Source: an uncultured Bdellovibrionales bacterium
GTDB lineage: Bacteria; Myxococcota; XYA12-FULL-58-9; CAYXVF01
Assembly: GCA_964468125.1 (NCBI GenBank)
Contig: CAYXVF010000004.1
Coordinates: 26,605 to 90,604, forward strand
DNA: 64,000 nucleotides
Direction of reading: 5' to 3'
A model generated the notes under the pieces. The model was not told where the DNA came from. It did not search any database and worked only from the letters and a program-made list of their open reading frames with translations. This document shows, piece after piece, positions 9,539-20,495 of the stretch. A program made the translations under genes and the position numbers. Within the stretch, counting starts at the first letter, position 1. Each line of letters starts with the position of its first letter.

Positions 9539-12475
9539 ATGAGTAACTCGCACGAGCTCCGCGCGGGCTTCACCCGCTTTTTCGAACAGCACGGTCACAC
9601 CATCGTGCCGTCCGCGTCGCTGATCCCGCAGAACGACCCCACCCTGATGTTCACCAACGCGGGTATGGTCCAATTCAAGGACGTGTTCGTCGGCGAAGAA
9701 AGCCGCGAGTACACGCGCGCCACGACCGCCCAGAAGGTCATGCGCGTTTCGGGAAAACACAACGACCTCGAGGAAGTCGGCCGCACGACTCGACACCACA
9801 CCTTCTTCGAGATGCTCGGCAACTTCTCTTTCGGCGACTACTTCAAAGAGCTCGCGATCGAGCTCGCCTGGAAGTACGTGGCCGACGTCGTGTCGATGCC
9901 GAAGGAGCGAATCTGGGTGACCGTCTTCGGCGGCGCCGAGGGAATCCCCGGGGACGCGGAAGCCCGACAGCTCTGGAAGAAGATCGCCGGACTCCCGGAC
10001 GAGCGCATCCTCGACATGGGGATGAAAGACAACTTCTGGGCGATGGGGAACACGGGCCCCTGCGGCCCCTGTTCGGAGATTCACCTAGACACGGGCCGCG
10101 GCCCGGTGCGCCCCGAGGACTTCGAGTCCGGTCGCGTGATGGAGTTTTGGAACCTCGTCTTCATGCAGTTTCAGCGCTTCGATGACGGGCGACTCGAGCA
10201 CCTCCCTGCCCCATCGGTCGACACGGGTATGGGACTCGAGCGTTTGGCTGCGCTCCTCGACGGCGTCGACTCCACCTTCCATACGGACGCGTTCCTACCG
10301 ATCATCCTCGATACAGCAGAGCGCGCCGGAAAGAAGTACGGGCGTGGCGACAGCGAAGACGATGTGTCCCTGAGAGTCATCGCCGACCATGCTCGGGCAA
10401 CCGCATTCCTCGTGGCGGACGGGGTGCAACCCGGCAACGGCGATCGAGCTTACGTCATGCGGCGAATCATGCGGCGCGCGATCCGTCACGGCCGCAGGCT
10501 CGGCTTTGACGAGCTGTTCTTTCATCACGCTTGCGACGAGGTCGTGAAGCTGATGGGCGAGGCCTACCCGGAGCTGGAGGAGGCACGCTCGCTGATCGAG
10601 AAGGTCGCCCAGAGCGAAGAAGAAAGCTTCCGCCGCACATTGGACAACGGCCTGCGACTGCTGGAACGTGAAATGGGGGCGGCCTCGGAAGACAAGAGGC
10701 TTTCCGGCAAGTCCGTATTCACGCTCTACGACACCTACGGATTCCCGGCGGATCTCACGCAAACCATCGCCGAAGAGCGAGGCTTTGCGATCGACCAGGA
10801 CGGTTTCGAGAAGGAAATGGAGGCCCAGCGCGATCGGTCCCGCGGCGGCGAGGTCGGCGATGCGGCGGTCGACGAGGTCTACAAGCAGCTCGCCCAGGAG
10901 CTCGGTGAGATCGAGTTCGCGGGATACGAGCACGAGTCGGTTCCGCCGGAGGCGCGGGACGGTGAATGGCGACGAGTCAATGGAACGCTCGAGCTGCAAA
11001 CCACCGTGAAGGCACTCGTCCAGGGTGGCACGCGCGTGAGCGAGGTCAGCGGAGGCGATTTCGAGGTCGTTCTAGACCCGACCCCGTTCTACGGTGAGAG
11101 CGGCGGTCAAATCGGCGACAGCGGCGCACTGCAAGCAAAGGGCTTCCGCGCGACAGTCAGTGACACCCAAAAACCCGTCGGCGGACTCACGATCGCTCGC
11201 GCGGCTCTGGGCGAGGGCACACTGAGCGTCGGTGATACGATATGGGCGGGCTACGATGTAAACCGTCGGCTCGCCACGCGAGCCCATCACTCCGCAACAC
11301 ACCTCGTGCACTCGGCGCTTCGAGACGTGCTCGGCGACCACGTGAAGCAAGCGGGCTCGCTCAACGCCCCGGACCGGCTGCGTTTTGACTTTTCACACTT
11401 CGAGGCCACGACCCCGGCGCAGTTGCGTGCGATCGAAGACGACGCGAATGCGCGGGTGGCGGCAAACGATCCGGTGCTCACGGAGATCCTTCCCTTCGAC
11501 GAGGCGAAGAAGAAGGGAGCCATCGCACTCTTCGGCGAGAAGTACGGCGACGTCGTGCGGGTGATCACCATGGGCGACTCGGTGGAGTTCTGCGGCGGAA
11601 CGCACGCCGCGCGCACCGGAGAGATCGAAATGGTCCTGCTCACCCGCGAAGAGGCGGTTGCGAGCGGCGTGCGACGCGTGGAGGCCCAGGTCGGTGAGGC
11701 GGCGAGGCAGACGGCACGAGCCTTGGCGAGCAAGCTCGACGTCGCCGCGGCCATCCTCCGGGGCGACTCGGTAGAGACCGATGATCCGATCCTTCAGGCA
11801 GTGGCGAAAGCGCAGCGAACCTTCGAGAGCGCGGCGCGCTCGCTCGGTGACAACGCGCCGAAGCGCACCCGGGCGCATCCGAACGCCCCCACCTTGCCCG
11901 ACCCGGTCGACTTCGACAGCGCCCGAGCGGTACGCGATGCGTGGAACACCCTGGTGCGCCTGAGTAACGCGAAGGCGACCGAGGTCGACGGCGTTCTCGA
12001 AGCCGCAGGCGCGCATGCGGACGTGGGCGGGATTGCGAGCAGCTTCGCAGAGCTCGCTCGACTCAACCGGGAAGCGGAGCGTGCGCTCGAGAAGAAGCGC
12101 GCGCAGGCGGCGTCCGGCCAGAGCGATACGCTCTTGGAAGCGGTTGAAGAAATCGACGGTGTGAAGGTCCTGGCGGCGGTCGCCGATGGCGTGGACGGAA
12201 AAACGATTCGCGGCCTCGCGGACACGGTGCGCGACAAGCTCGGAAGCGGCGTGCTCGCCCTGGGCGCGGATGCGGGAGGCAAAGCCGCCCTGCTCGTCGC
12301 GGTGAGCAAGGATCTCACGGGCCGTTTTCAGGCCGGAACGCTGGTGAAAGAGCTGGCACCTCTGATCGGGGGGCGCGGCGGTGGGAAACCCGACCTGGCG
12401 CAAGCCGGCGGCAACGACCCGAGCGGTTTCGAGGCGCTCTTCGCGCAGCTCAAGGAGACCGTCCGAAAGGGCTGA
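9539..12475 (+). CDS. alaS: Alanine--tRNA ligase.
   Basis: N-terminus MSNSHELRAGFTRFFEQHGHTIVPSASLIPQNDPTLMFTNAGMVQFKDVF and the full-length class II AlaRS body. C-terminal DHHA1-type domain GGRGGGKPDLAQAGG. Confidence 0.95.
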   Translation: MSNSHELRAGFTRFFEQHGHTIVPSASLIPQNDPTLMFTNAGMVQFKDVFVGEESREYTRATTAQKVMRVSGKHNDLEEVGRTTRHHTFFEMLGNFSFGDYFKELAIELAWKYVADVVSMPKERIWVTVFGGAEGIPGDAEARQLWKKIAGLPDERILDMGMKDNFWAMGNTGPCGPCSEIHLDTGRGPVRPEDFESGRVMEFWNLVFMQFQRFDDGRLEHLPAPSVDTGMGLERLAALLDGVDSTFHTDAFLPIILDTAERAGKKYGRGDSEDDVSLRVIADHARATAFLVADGVQPGNGDRAYVMRRIMRRAIRHGRRLGFDELFFHHACDEVVKLMGEAYPELEEARSLIEKVAQSEEESFRRTLDNGLRLLEREMGAASEDKRLSGKSVFTLYDTYGFPADLTQTIAEERGFAIDQDGFEKEMEAQRDRSRGGEVGDAAVDEVYKQLAQELGEIEFAGYEHESVPPEARDGEWRRVNGTLELQTTVKALVQGGTRVSEVSGGDFEVVLDPTPFYGESGGQIGDSGALQAKGFRATVSDTQKPVGGLTIARAALGEGTLSVGDTIWAGYDVNRRLATRAHHSATHLVHSALRDVLGDHVKQAGSLNAPDRLRFDFSHFEATTPAQLRAIEDDANARVAANDPVLTEILPFDEAKKKGAIALFGEKYGDVVRVITMGDSVEFCGGTHAARTGEIEMVLLTREEAVASGVRRVEAQVGEAARQTARALASKLDVAAAILRGDSVETDDPILQAVAKAQRTFESAARSLGDNAPKRTRAHPNAPTLPDPVDFDSARAVRDAWNTLVRLSNAKATEVDGVLEAAGAHADVGGIASSFAELARLNREAERALEKKRAQAASGQSDTLLEAVEEIDGVKVLAAVADGVDGKTIRGLADTVRDKLGSGVLALGADAGGKAALLVAVSKDLTGRFQAGTLVKELAPLIGGRGGGKPDLAQAGGNDPSGFEALFAQLKETVRKG

Positions 12476-12483
12476 GGAGCGGA

Positions 12484-13005
12484 GTGACGATCGAGCTCCT
12501 GCTCTTGGCGTTCGCCCTCCTGGTCGCGATCATCACCCTCGCCTATGCCGCGCGCCTCGGTGTTCCGCCTGTGCCCGCGCGAAGGATCGAGGTGGACGCA
12601 GCGCTCTCGCTCTTGGAAGCGGAATCGTTGCCCGCAGGCGCCCGCATCGTCGAGCTCGGCGCCGGCTGGGGAGGGCTCGCCGTACGCCTGGCGCGTGCGC
12701 TGCCGCAGGCACAGGTCGTAGGATACGAGCTTTCCCCCTTGCCCTACGCGGTGGCCCGCTTGCGCGCGCGTCGCTTGGGCAACTGCGAGATCCAGCGCAC
12801 CGACTTCTTTCGCGCCTCAGTAGAACACGCCGACGCGGTCACCGCTTTCTTGATGATGCATCCGATGGAGCGGTTGAAACCGAAGCTCGACCAGGAGCTC
12901 GCTCCCGGGACGCCCGTTGTCGCCATCGGATTTCAGTTCCGTGGACGCACTCCCGTCGTGACCCGCTGCAGTGGAGATGTGGCGCTCTACCGTTGGGGGC
13001 CCTAA
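12484..13005 (+). CDS. Class I SAM-dependent methyltransferase, small, with an N-terminal TM helix.
   Basis: Rossmann motif I VELGAGWGGLAVRLA followed by acidic motif II VVGYELS. Confidence 0.6.
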   Translation: MTIELLLLAFALLVAIITLAYAARLGVPPVPARRIEVDAALSLLEAESLPAGARIVELGAGWGGLAVRLARALPQAQVVGYELSPLPYAVARLRARRLGNCEIQRTDFFRASVEHADAVTAFLMMHPMERLKPKLDQELAPGTPVVAIGFQFRGRTPVVTRCSGDVALYRWGP

Positions 13006-13078
13006 CTCGGAAAATACGCAGACTCGAAGTCCGATCGGGAGTCGTGTACCCATGTACGTGTAGAGGCGGAGCGCGAGT

Positions 13079-14836
13079 ATGTCGGATGAGAGCAAGCGCC
13101 AACAGCAGCGCGTGGAAGTCGGGCTCAAGGTCAGCCTAAAGTATCCGGACCGCGAATCCTTCGTCGAGCGCTTCTCGATCAACATCTCGCGCAACGGACT
13201 CTTCGTGCGGGCCAAGGACCCCCTGCCCGTAGGGAGCCGCGTGCGCTTCGAGTATCGGTTAGGCGACAACACCCGCATTCTGCGTGGCGTAGGGCTCGTA
13301 CGTTGGGTGCGGTCAGTCGAAGACGCGAGCGCGGAAAAGCCACCGGGCATGGGGATCGAGTTCGTGGACCTCGACCCACAATCGGAGGAGCTCGTCACCC
13401 ACATCGTTGCAACCAAGGGTGAGGGTGTGCGAGCGCCGAAACGCACCACGGACGCGACAACGGCCCCCCTGACGACGGAGTCATCGGCGTCGAGCACCAA
13501 ACGCTCGACGCTGCCGCAAGTCGGCGCCTCCGGTGGGGAAGACACCGCCCTCGATGCGATCGACGCGCTCGGAGCATTTGGCGACGAGGCCGCTGGAGAG
13601 TCGACACCGGAGGGCGAGACCGTCGCGGAGGAAGGCTTCGAGCCGAAACCCTCCCGTGAGGAAGCGGGGGAGCTCGAGCTCGATGCGCTCCTCGAGGTCA
13701 CTCCCTCAACGGTGCAAAGCGCCGCGGCCCCTCTCGTGACGGACCCGCTCGAAGACCAAAGCGCGGAGGAGGAAGGGTCGGGCAGCTCGCGCGTCGACTT
13801 GGAGGCGGACCGGCTGGTCATGGACCTGGGCGGCGCCGCGCTCCTCACGGCACTGGTCACGCGCGACGGCGAGACGGTGGATCGTTTCAACGAGCACAAC
13901 GTTCCCATCCGCGTCGGCGCCGATGGCTCCCTGAGCACGGACGAAGGGGGCCTCTGGCTGCCGAGTTTTCTCGCCTGGTACGAACCGAAGGGCCCTGCAC
14001 CCCGTGCGAAAGCGATGGCGAATCGGCTCGGATGGGAGCTCCAGCGCGACGGCGATGAGCTCTCGGTCGTGGTCGATGGCTTTCCGGTGCAGCTGCGCGA
14101 CGTGCTCTTTGAGACCCTTCAAGAGGCGACGCGGCCCCATCGCGAACAGAGCAGCCCGATCAAGGAGACCGTCTGCGTCGTGCCGGCGGTCACGTCCGCG
14201 GCCACGCGAGTTCTGCTCAGCAAGATGCTCGACGAGCTCGGCGTGCGAGAGCCCAAGCTCACGAGCGACGCGGAGGCGGTCCTGGCCTCCGTCGGGCTCG
14301 ACCTGAGCTTCGGCATGCAGGCGCTCGTGGTTCAGATCACGCTTTTCGAGACCCGGGTGACTCTAGTGGAAGGGCCGGACCGCGTCCGCGGCTTTCGAGG
14401 CGCGATCGACGCGGGCCTCTGGGAGGGCGACGAGGTCCTCGCCCGGCAGGCAGCGACGACGATGCTGCGCGAGCACGGCATCGACCACGAAGATGACCCG
14501 TCCCTGCGCGCATCGCTCCGCGAGCAGGTCCAGCGCCTTCGACGCAATCACGTGGGCTACGGTGCATGGTCGATTTCTCTGGCCGGCGCGACGGTGGAGG
14601 CCCCCCCCGAGCAGGTGGCCGAATGGTGTCGTCCCTTGAGCGAACGGATCGCACTCCTGACGCACGGTGTCTTGAACGAGCACGAGGTCGAGGGTGAGGA
14701 TCTCGAAGCGATGGTTCTAGTGACGGACGAGATGCCATGGCCCGGATTGATCGAAACGATCGAAGAAATGCTCGAGCTCTCGCCGATCCTCCCGGACGCG
14801 GGTCCGTGGATTCGGATCGACGGCGCGAGCCGCTGA
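13079..14836 (+). CDS. PilZ-domain protein with a C-terminal Hsp70/actin-like ATPase-like region.
   Basis: N-terminal PilZ signature QQRVEVGLKV...INISRNGLFV. Downstream VMDLGGAALLTALV resembles the Hsp70 phosphate-1 loop. Confidence 0.6.
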   Translation: MSDESKRQQQRVEVGLKVSLKYPDRESFVERFSINISRNGLFVRAKDPLPVGSRVRFEYRLGDNTRILRGVGLVRWVRSVEDASAEKPPGMGIEFVDLDPQSEELVTHIVATKGEGVRAPKRTTDATTAPLTTESSASSTKRSTLPQVGASGGEDTALDAIDALGAFGDEAAGESTPEGETVAEEGFEPKPSREEAGELELDALLEVTPSTVQSAAAPLVTDPLEDQSAEEEGSGSSRVDLEADRLVMDLGGAALLTALVTRDGETVDRFNEHNVPIRVGADGSLSTDEGGLWLPSFLAWYEPKGPAPRAKAMANRLGWELQRDGDELSVVVDGFPVQLRDVLFETLQEATRPHREQSSPIKETVCVVPAVTSAATRVLLSKMLDELGVREPKLTSDAEAVLASVGLDLSFGMQALVVQITLFETRVTLVEGPDRVRGFRGAIDAGLWEGDEVLARQAATTMLREHGIDHEDDPSLRASLREQVQRLRRNHVGYGAWSISLAGATVEAPPEQVAEWCRPLSERIALLTHGVLNEHEVEGEDLEAMVLVTDEMPWPGLIETIEEMLELSPILPDAGPWIRIDGASR

Positions 14837-14901
14837 AGCCCTTGCGCGGCCGGTCGGAGTGTGACACTTCCGGCGCACTCTCGGAGTAGGAGAGCTCAGG
14901 C

Positions 14902-17900
14902 ATGACTACACGCACCCCGAGCCGCGCGGACAGAATCGAATCCTTCATCTCTGCGATCGACGCCTACGAGCCGCGTGACCCGAACACACCAGCAGACGAG
15001 TTTCGCGTCTTTGCGAGATTTTTGAGCCGCGCCGTCGACGGTCGCTACCTGGATCGTCACCCGCCCCACGAGCTCTTACCCGACATTGAGCGGCTGCTGT
15101 TGCACTCACTCGTCCGAAAGCGGGACGAGGTTTCGATTCAAATCGAGCTCTCAGAGCTAGACGAGCGCCGTGGGGTTCTTCACAACTGCACCTACGACCA
15201 GCTCTTTCTCTACTCCACCATTCGTCTCGCCCTCGATCACCTGGAGGTGAAGAGCTTCCGCGCGCTCAATGGGGTGATCCCCATGGAGCGGGACGAAGAC
15301 GGTCGCCTCCTGAGTGTCGGAAAGAGCGACGCCGGGCGAGAGTCCTTCGTTTGGATGGAGATCGAGTGCAACGGACTCGCCCAGCGCCGCGAAGAAATCG
15401 AAAACGTTCTTCGCGACCGGCTCGAGATGCTCCAACGCTCCGTCGAAGATTTCTACGAGATGCGTGCTGCGCTCGACCGTGTGGCGGACCGTTTCGATTC
15501 CCTGGGCGGAAGCGAGCACGAATTCGCGCTCGAATTTCGGGATGGGGCCCGGTTCCTGCGTTGGCTACGAGACGAGCACTTCATCATCCTGGGAACACAC
15601 TACGTTCCGACGCTGGTGAATGGTGAGGCCCCGCTGAAGAACTACGGCACCGGCAAGTCCGGCGACTGGTCGCTCTTCGAGCAGGAAGCGCGAGAACGTT
15701 TGACCAACGGCGAGAGCCGCAGGCCACCGTTTCTCTGGGTGCGCAAGAGCAACAAGGCCGCGTGGGTCTACCGCCCGGGCCGCACGGATTTGATTCTCGT
15801 CGAGTATCACGACGCAGCCGGCAATCCCTCAGGGTTGATGGTGATCGAAGGGCTCTTCAGCTTTCAGGCGTCTTCCGAACCGAGGACCAACATTCCCCTC
15901 CTCGACCGGGTGATCGACGATCTCTATCACGAGATGCAGGCCACCAAAGGCACGCACCGCTACCGCACGATTCGCAACGCCTTCAACTCTCTCCCTCTCG
16001 AATACCTGTTTTCCCTGAGTCGCGACGATGTACGCGAAATCGTCGAGCGTGTTTTGGAGGCGGACTCTGAACGTCGGCTTCAGATTCACATATCCGTAGA
16101 CAGCGAGCAGGCCTCGGCGTTCGTCTTTGTCGCCCTGCCCCGCACGCACTACAACGACGAGCTCCGGAGCGACATTCGGCGCCTGTTGAAGGAAACATTC
16201 AACGCGACCTCTGTAGACGATGGTGTCTACGCCGGCGACGTCGACTCGGTCACCTTCCACTACTTCCTAACCGGTGTTGCGCCGCTGGCCCCCGAGTCCG
16301 AATCGCTTCTCAAGCGCGCCATCGACCACCTGGCCAGCCCCTGGTCCGACCGACTGTGGGAGGAGCTCAGCAACCGATTCGAGACGGGCGAAGCGCGCAA
16401 GCTGCAGAATCTCTATCAAGAAGCGTTCAGCGCGCGTTACCGCGAAGAAAGCTCCATTCGGCGGACGGTCAGTGACATCGAGCTACTCGAGGGTCTCACC
16501 GGAGATCGTACGTTCGACTGCGATGTCTATCGGGAGCCGAGTGACGAACGACTCGATGTCACACGACTGCGACTCTACGAGAGCCGACCGATCCTATTGA
16601 GCGAAATCCTCCCGATCTTGGACAACTTTGGTCTGGTCGTGATCGACCAATTCCCAACCCGGGTGCATGTGCCTGGACGTGCCGAGCAGCGGATCTCCAC
16701 CTTCCGAATCGGCGGCGTCGAAGGCATGAAGGTCGACCTCATGAGCCGGCGCCGGCGGCTTCGTTCGGCGATCAACGCGGTCGTATCGGGAAAGATGGCC
16801 GACGAGGAGCTCAACCGCTTGCTCCTCCGCGCGGACATCCCCTGGAACTACGTCGTCCTCATGCGCGCCTACACTTCCTATGCGCGCCAACTGGGCATAC
16901 AGTTCGGTCTCTTTACCATTCGCGACGTGCTGCTGCGCAACGGTGACGTCGTTCGCGCGCTCACCGAGCTCTTCCGAGCCAAGTTCGATCCGGACTACGG
17001 CGATCTGCACAGCACGGAAGTCTCTGAAGATCGCATGGCGATGGTCGCGAGGGCGCACTCGAGCCTCGACTCACTCTTGGAGGGTGTTTCGGAGCTGGTC
17101 AGCGATCAAGTTCTGCGCTGGTTCGCGAACCTCATCGACGCAACGGTCCGAACCAATTTCTATAGCCGCGCGGATCACGAGGCGCACGTCGCGTTGAAGT
17201 TCGACCCATCGAAAATCAGCCGAATGCCCGACCCTCGGCCCTATCGCGAGGTCTACGTGCACCACCCGCTCGTTGCGGGGCTCCATCTGCGCGGTGGGCC
17301 AGTCGCGCGAGGGGGCATTCGTTGGTCCGACCGGCCCCTCGACTACCGCACCGAGGTGTTGAGCCTGATGGCCACTCAGGTGCTGAAGAATGTCTTGATC
17401 ATTCCAACCGGCGCGAAGGGCGCCTTCATCTTGAAGAACCCGCCCGCCGACCTGGACCAGCGCCGCCGCATGGCCGATGTCATGTACCGGATCTTCATCG
17501 GAGGGATCTTGGATGTCAGTGACGATATCGTCGACGGGCAAGTCGTCACACCGCCCCGCGTGATCCGCTACGAAGACCCGGACGCTTATCTCGTCGTCGC
17601 CGCAGACAAAGGCACGGCGCATCTCTCGGACACCGCCAACGAAGTCGCGCTGGACCGGGGCTTCTGGCTCGGCGACGCCTTCGCCTCCGGCGGTAGCACC
17701 GGCTACGATCACAAGAAGGAAGGAATCACTGCTCGCGGCGCTTGGGAGTGCGTACGTCGCCACTTCCGTGAGCTCGCCATTGACCCGAAGTGCGACGAGT
17801 TCACCGTGGCCGGAATCGGCGACATGAGCGGCGACGTATTCGGCAACGGACTGCTCCGCTCACGCAAAGCCAAGCTGTTCGCAGCCTTCGACCACCGTCA

Positions 17901-19677
17901 CGTCTTCATCGATCCCGATCCGGACCCCGAAAAGAGCTTTGAGGCCCGGCTGCGTCTGTTCGAGACCAAGGGCTCGAGCTGGTCGGACTACCCGGCTGAG
18001 GCGATGAGTGCTGGCGCTGGCGTGTATTCCCGAAAGGCGAAGTCGATCGAGCTATCGCTCGAGGCGCGCACACTTCTCGGCCTCGACGACACGCCACTGA
18101 GCGGCAACGACCTGGTCCAAGCGGTGCTCCGACTACCCGTGGACCTGCTCTGGAACGGCGGGATCGGCACTTACATCAAGTCGTACGAGGAGACGCACTT
18201 TGAGGCCGGCGACGCGGCCAACGACCTCGTCCGTGTCGACGCCGCCGACGTGCGCGCTCGAGTGATCGGTGAAGGCGGCAACCTAGGAATCACGCAACGG
18301 GGCCGCGTGGAGCTCGCGAGGAAAGGTGTGCACCTCAACACCGACGCGGTCGACAACAGTGCAGGCGTCGACCTCTCGGACCACGAGGTCAACCTGAAGA
18401 TCCTCTTCCAGTCTCCGAAACGGCGCGGCGACCTGAGTGAGTCTCAGCGGCTCGACTGGCTGGTGAAGTTGAAGGAGGAGGCCTGCGACATGGTTCTCCA
18501 CAACAACTGGTTACAGAGCCGCATGATCAGCATCGACGTCCTACGCTCGAAGCGCGACGTCGCTCGTTTTGGTCGAGCCATCAACTTCTTGACTGGCCAG
18601 CTCGGTGTACGACGGCGCGATGCGGTCCTGCCGAGCGACCGCGTGCTCGAGGAGCGGCGCGAGAATGGCTTGGGCCTGATGCGTCCAGAGATCGCGGTGC
18701 TCGGGGCGATGGCCAAACAGCACATACGGCGGGAGCTGGAAGATGCTCGAGAGCTGGTCATGCCACGTATTGGCGACCACCTCCGAGCGTACTTTCCCGA
18801 ACGAGTCCTCGCCGCTTTCGAGCAAGATGTGATGGAGCATCCGCTCGCAACAGAAGCCGCACGCACGGTCCTGCTCAACGGAATTCTAACCGACGCGGGC
18901 TCGACTTGGCTTTCCGAAGCCCTGCTGCGCACGGGCGGCAATACGGAGCAGATCGTCATAGCCCACTTCGACGCGCTCGAGTTGCTCGACGGGCCCCGGT
19001 TCAAAGGCGCCATCGACGCCTGCGAGGAAGACGTGTCGGCGGAGGTCGAATACGGGCTGCGCCTCACATTCGAGTCAGCGGTCGAACGAGCCACTGACTG
19101 GCTGATGCGGCTTTCACGGCGCCCACGGAGCGACTTCAAGAATACCCTCGCCGAAGCGAAGGCGACGGTGTGCGAACAGCTCGACCCAGATCAAATCGCG
19201 GCCTTGAACGCGCGAGCCCGAGCGCTCGAAGGAGCCGGTGAGCTCGCGGATGAGATAGCGCGCCTCAATAGCATCGACCGGATTCTCGACATCGCCTCGG
19301 TTGCCGACCGCGCCGAAGTTCCGGTCCCGGTCGCAGGAACCTTTCATCGAATGGTCGGAGCGAGCACCGGCCTGCTCGACCTCGTGCGACGCACCTATGA
19401 CGAGCACGAGGTCATCGACGAGACCCCGGCAAATTTCGCGTTGCGCGACCGCATTCGGCGCCACCTCGTCGCCATGGCAGCGACAGTCGCGCGCGAGGAG
19501 AGTGCGCCCGAAGCGATCGGCGGACCGACCCTCGACTTCCTCGACTCGCTGCGCCGGGAGCTCGTTCCCTTCCAAGCGGGCTCGGATTCGATCAGCAACC
19601 TCGCGATCGCAGCGGATCGCGTGGAGCGCGCCGTCGATGCGCTTCTCCAACGCTACGGTCACGGCGCGGATCTCTGA
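14902..19677 (+). CDS. gdhB: NAD-specific glutamate dehydrogenase, large (about 180 kDa) GdhB type.
   Basis: 1591 aa. Catalytic-core motifs GGIRWSDRPLDYRTEVLSLMATQVLKNVLIIPTGAKGAF and GEGGNLGITQRGRVELARKGVHLNTDAVDNSAGVDLSDHEVNLKI. Confidence 0.9.
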   Translation: MTTRTPSRADRIESFISAIDAYEPRDPNTPADEFRVFARFLSRAVDGRYLDRHPPHELLPDIERLLLHSLVRKRDEVSIQIELSELDERRGVLHNCTYDQLFLYSTIRLALDHLEVKSFRALNGVIPMERDEDGRLLSVGKSDAGRESFVWMEIECNGLAQRREEIENVLRDRLEMLQRSVEDFYEMRAALDRVADRFDSLGGSEHEFALEFRDGARFLRWLRDEHFIILGTHYVPTLVNGEAPLKNYGTGKSGDWSLFEQEARERLTNGESRRPPFLWVRKSNKAAWVYRPGRTDLILVEYHDAAGNPSGLMVIEGLFSFQASSEPRTNIPLLDRVIDDLYHEMQATKGTHRYRTIRNAFNSLPLEYLFSLSRDDVREIVERVLEADSERRLQIHISVDSEQASAFVFVALPRTHYNDELRSDIRRLLKETFNATSVDDGVYAGDVDSVTFHYFLTGVAPLAPESESLLKRAIDHLASPWSDRLWEELSNRFETGEARKLQNLYQEAFSARYREESSIRRTVSDIELLEGLTGDRTFDCDVYREPSDERLDVTRLRLYESRPILLSEILPILDNFGLVVIDQFPTRVHVPGRAEQRISTFRIGGVEGMKVDLMSRRRRLRSAINAVVSGKMADEELNRLLLRADIPWNYVVLMRAYTSYARQLGIQFGLFTIRDVLLRNGDVVRALTELFRAKFDPDYGDLHSTEVSEDRMAMVARAHSSLDSLLEGVSELVSDQVLRWFANLIDATVRTNFYSRADHEAHVALKFDPSKISRMPDPRPYREVYVHHPLVAGLHLRGGPVARGGIRWSDRPLDYRTEVLSLMATQVLKNVLIIPTGAKGAFILKNPPADLDQRRRMADVMYRIFIGGILDVSDDIVDGQVVTPPRVIRYEDPDAYLVVAADKGTAHLSDTANEVALDRGFWLGDAFASGGSTGYDHKKEGITARGAWECVRRHFRELAIDPKCDEFTVAGIGDMSGDVFGNGLLRSRKAKLFAAFDHRHVFIDPDPDPEKSFEARLRLFETKGSSWSDYPAEAMSAGAGVYSRKAKSIELSLEARTLLGLDDTPLSGNDLVQAVLRLPVDLLWNGGIGTYIKSYEETHFEAGDAANDLVRVDAADVRARVIGEGGNLGITQRGRVELARKGVHLNTDAVDNSAGVDLSDHEVNLKILFQSPKRRGDLSESQRLDWLVKLKEEACDMVLHNNWLQSRMISIDVLRSKRDVARFGRAINFLTGQLGVRRRDAVLPSDRVLEERRENGLGLMRPEIAVLGAMAKQHIRRELEDARELVMPRIGDHLRAYFPERVLAAFEQDVMEHPLATEAARTVLLNGILTDAGSTWLSEALLRTGGNTEQIVIAHFDALELLDGPRFKGAIDACEEDVSAEVEYGLRLTFESAVERATDWLMRLSRRPRSDFKNTLAEAKATVCEQLDPDQIAALNARARALEGAGELADEIARLNSIDRILDIASVADRAEVPVPVAGTFHRMVGASTGLLDLVRRTYDEHEVIDETPANFALRDRIRRHLVAMAATVAREESAPEAIGGPTLDFLDSLRRELVPFQAGSDSISNLAIAADRVERAVDALLQRYGHGADL

Positions 19678-19724
19678 GGCCCCGCGCCGATAAACCCCTA
19701 TGGCCCCTGTGACGCTGTGGCATA

Positions 19725-20495
19725 GTGAGCGCCATGGGAGACGAAGGACCATCACCGTTTGACGATCTGCCGGAGCTTACCGACTCCCAACCCGGTGAGC
19801 AAACCCGCGCGGTGATCATGAACGCCGGCATTCACCGGCACAAGGCGAAGAACCGCCAGCTCACCCTGCTCATCGTCGGAGCCGTCCTCGTCGCGGGGAC
19901 AGTGGTTGGCCTCGATGCGACCGGAGTCCTACAAATTCTACCGGAGAAGATGGTCCCGACACTGGCAGGCGCCGAGGAGCCGAAGCAGGATGTCGCTAGA
20001 AACGAGCGCAGCGCTGAGCCGAGTGCGCTTCGCGACACGCTGCTGGGTATGAACGACGCAGCCCCGGAACCGGCAGCGCCATCGCCTTCCCCCGCAAAGG
20101 ACCAACCGGCGCCCCTCTCCGCGCGCTCGCTCTTTGAGGACGACGCCAAGGCGCCCGCAAAGCTCTCCCTGAGCGCAGAATCGGTCCGAACGCAGGTCGC
20201 CCTCCCGGATGGCCTCACCGGCGACGCCATTGCGACGGTCATACAGGACAACAGCGGAGGCGCGCGCTTGTGCATCGCGGAAGCGATGAAGGCGGGCGAG
20301 ACCAAAGGGGGCAAGGCGGAGTTTGACGTCACGATCGCTCCGAGCGGAGAAGTGGAAACAGTCGAGACGCGCGCTGGCGCCGGGGGGCGCATGTCTGCTT
20401 GCATGCAGAAAACGATCAAGCGGTGGCGCTTCCCGAGTTTCGACGGGGAACCGGTCGTCGTCGTCATCCCCTACGTCATCACCCCTGGAATCTGA
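19725..20495 (+). CDS. AgmX/PglI C-terminal-domain protein with one TM helix and a Pro/Ala-rich linker.
   Basis: TM segment LTLLIVGAVLVAGTVVGL. C-terminal block GGARLCIAEAMKAG...FDVTIAPSGEV...ACMQKTIKRWRFPSF is typical of the myxobacterial AgmX/PglI domain. Confidence 0.6.
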   Translation: MSAMGDEGPSPFDDLPELTDSQPGEQTRAVIMNAGIHRHKAKNRQLTLLIVGAVLVAGTVVGLDATGVLQILPEKMVPTLAGAEEPKQDVARNERSAEPSALRDTLLGMNDAAPEPAAPSPSPAKDQPAPLSARSLFEDDAKAPAKLSLSAESVRTQVALPDGLTGDAIATVIQDNSGGARLCIAEAMKAGETKGGKAEFDVTIAPSGEVETVETRAGAGGRMSACMQKTIKRWRFPSFDGEPVVVVIPYVITPGI

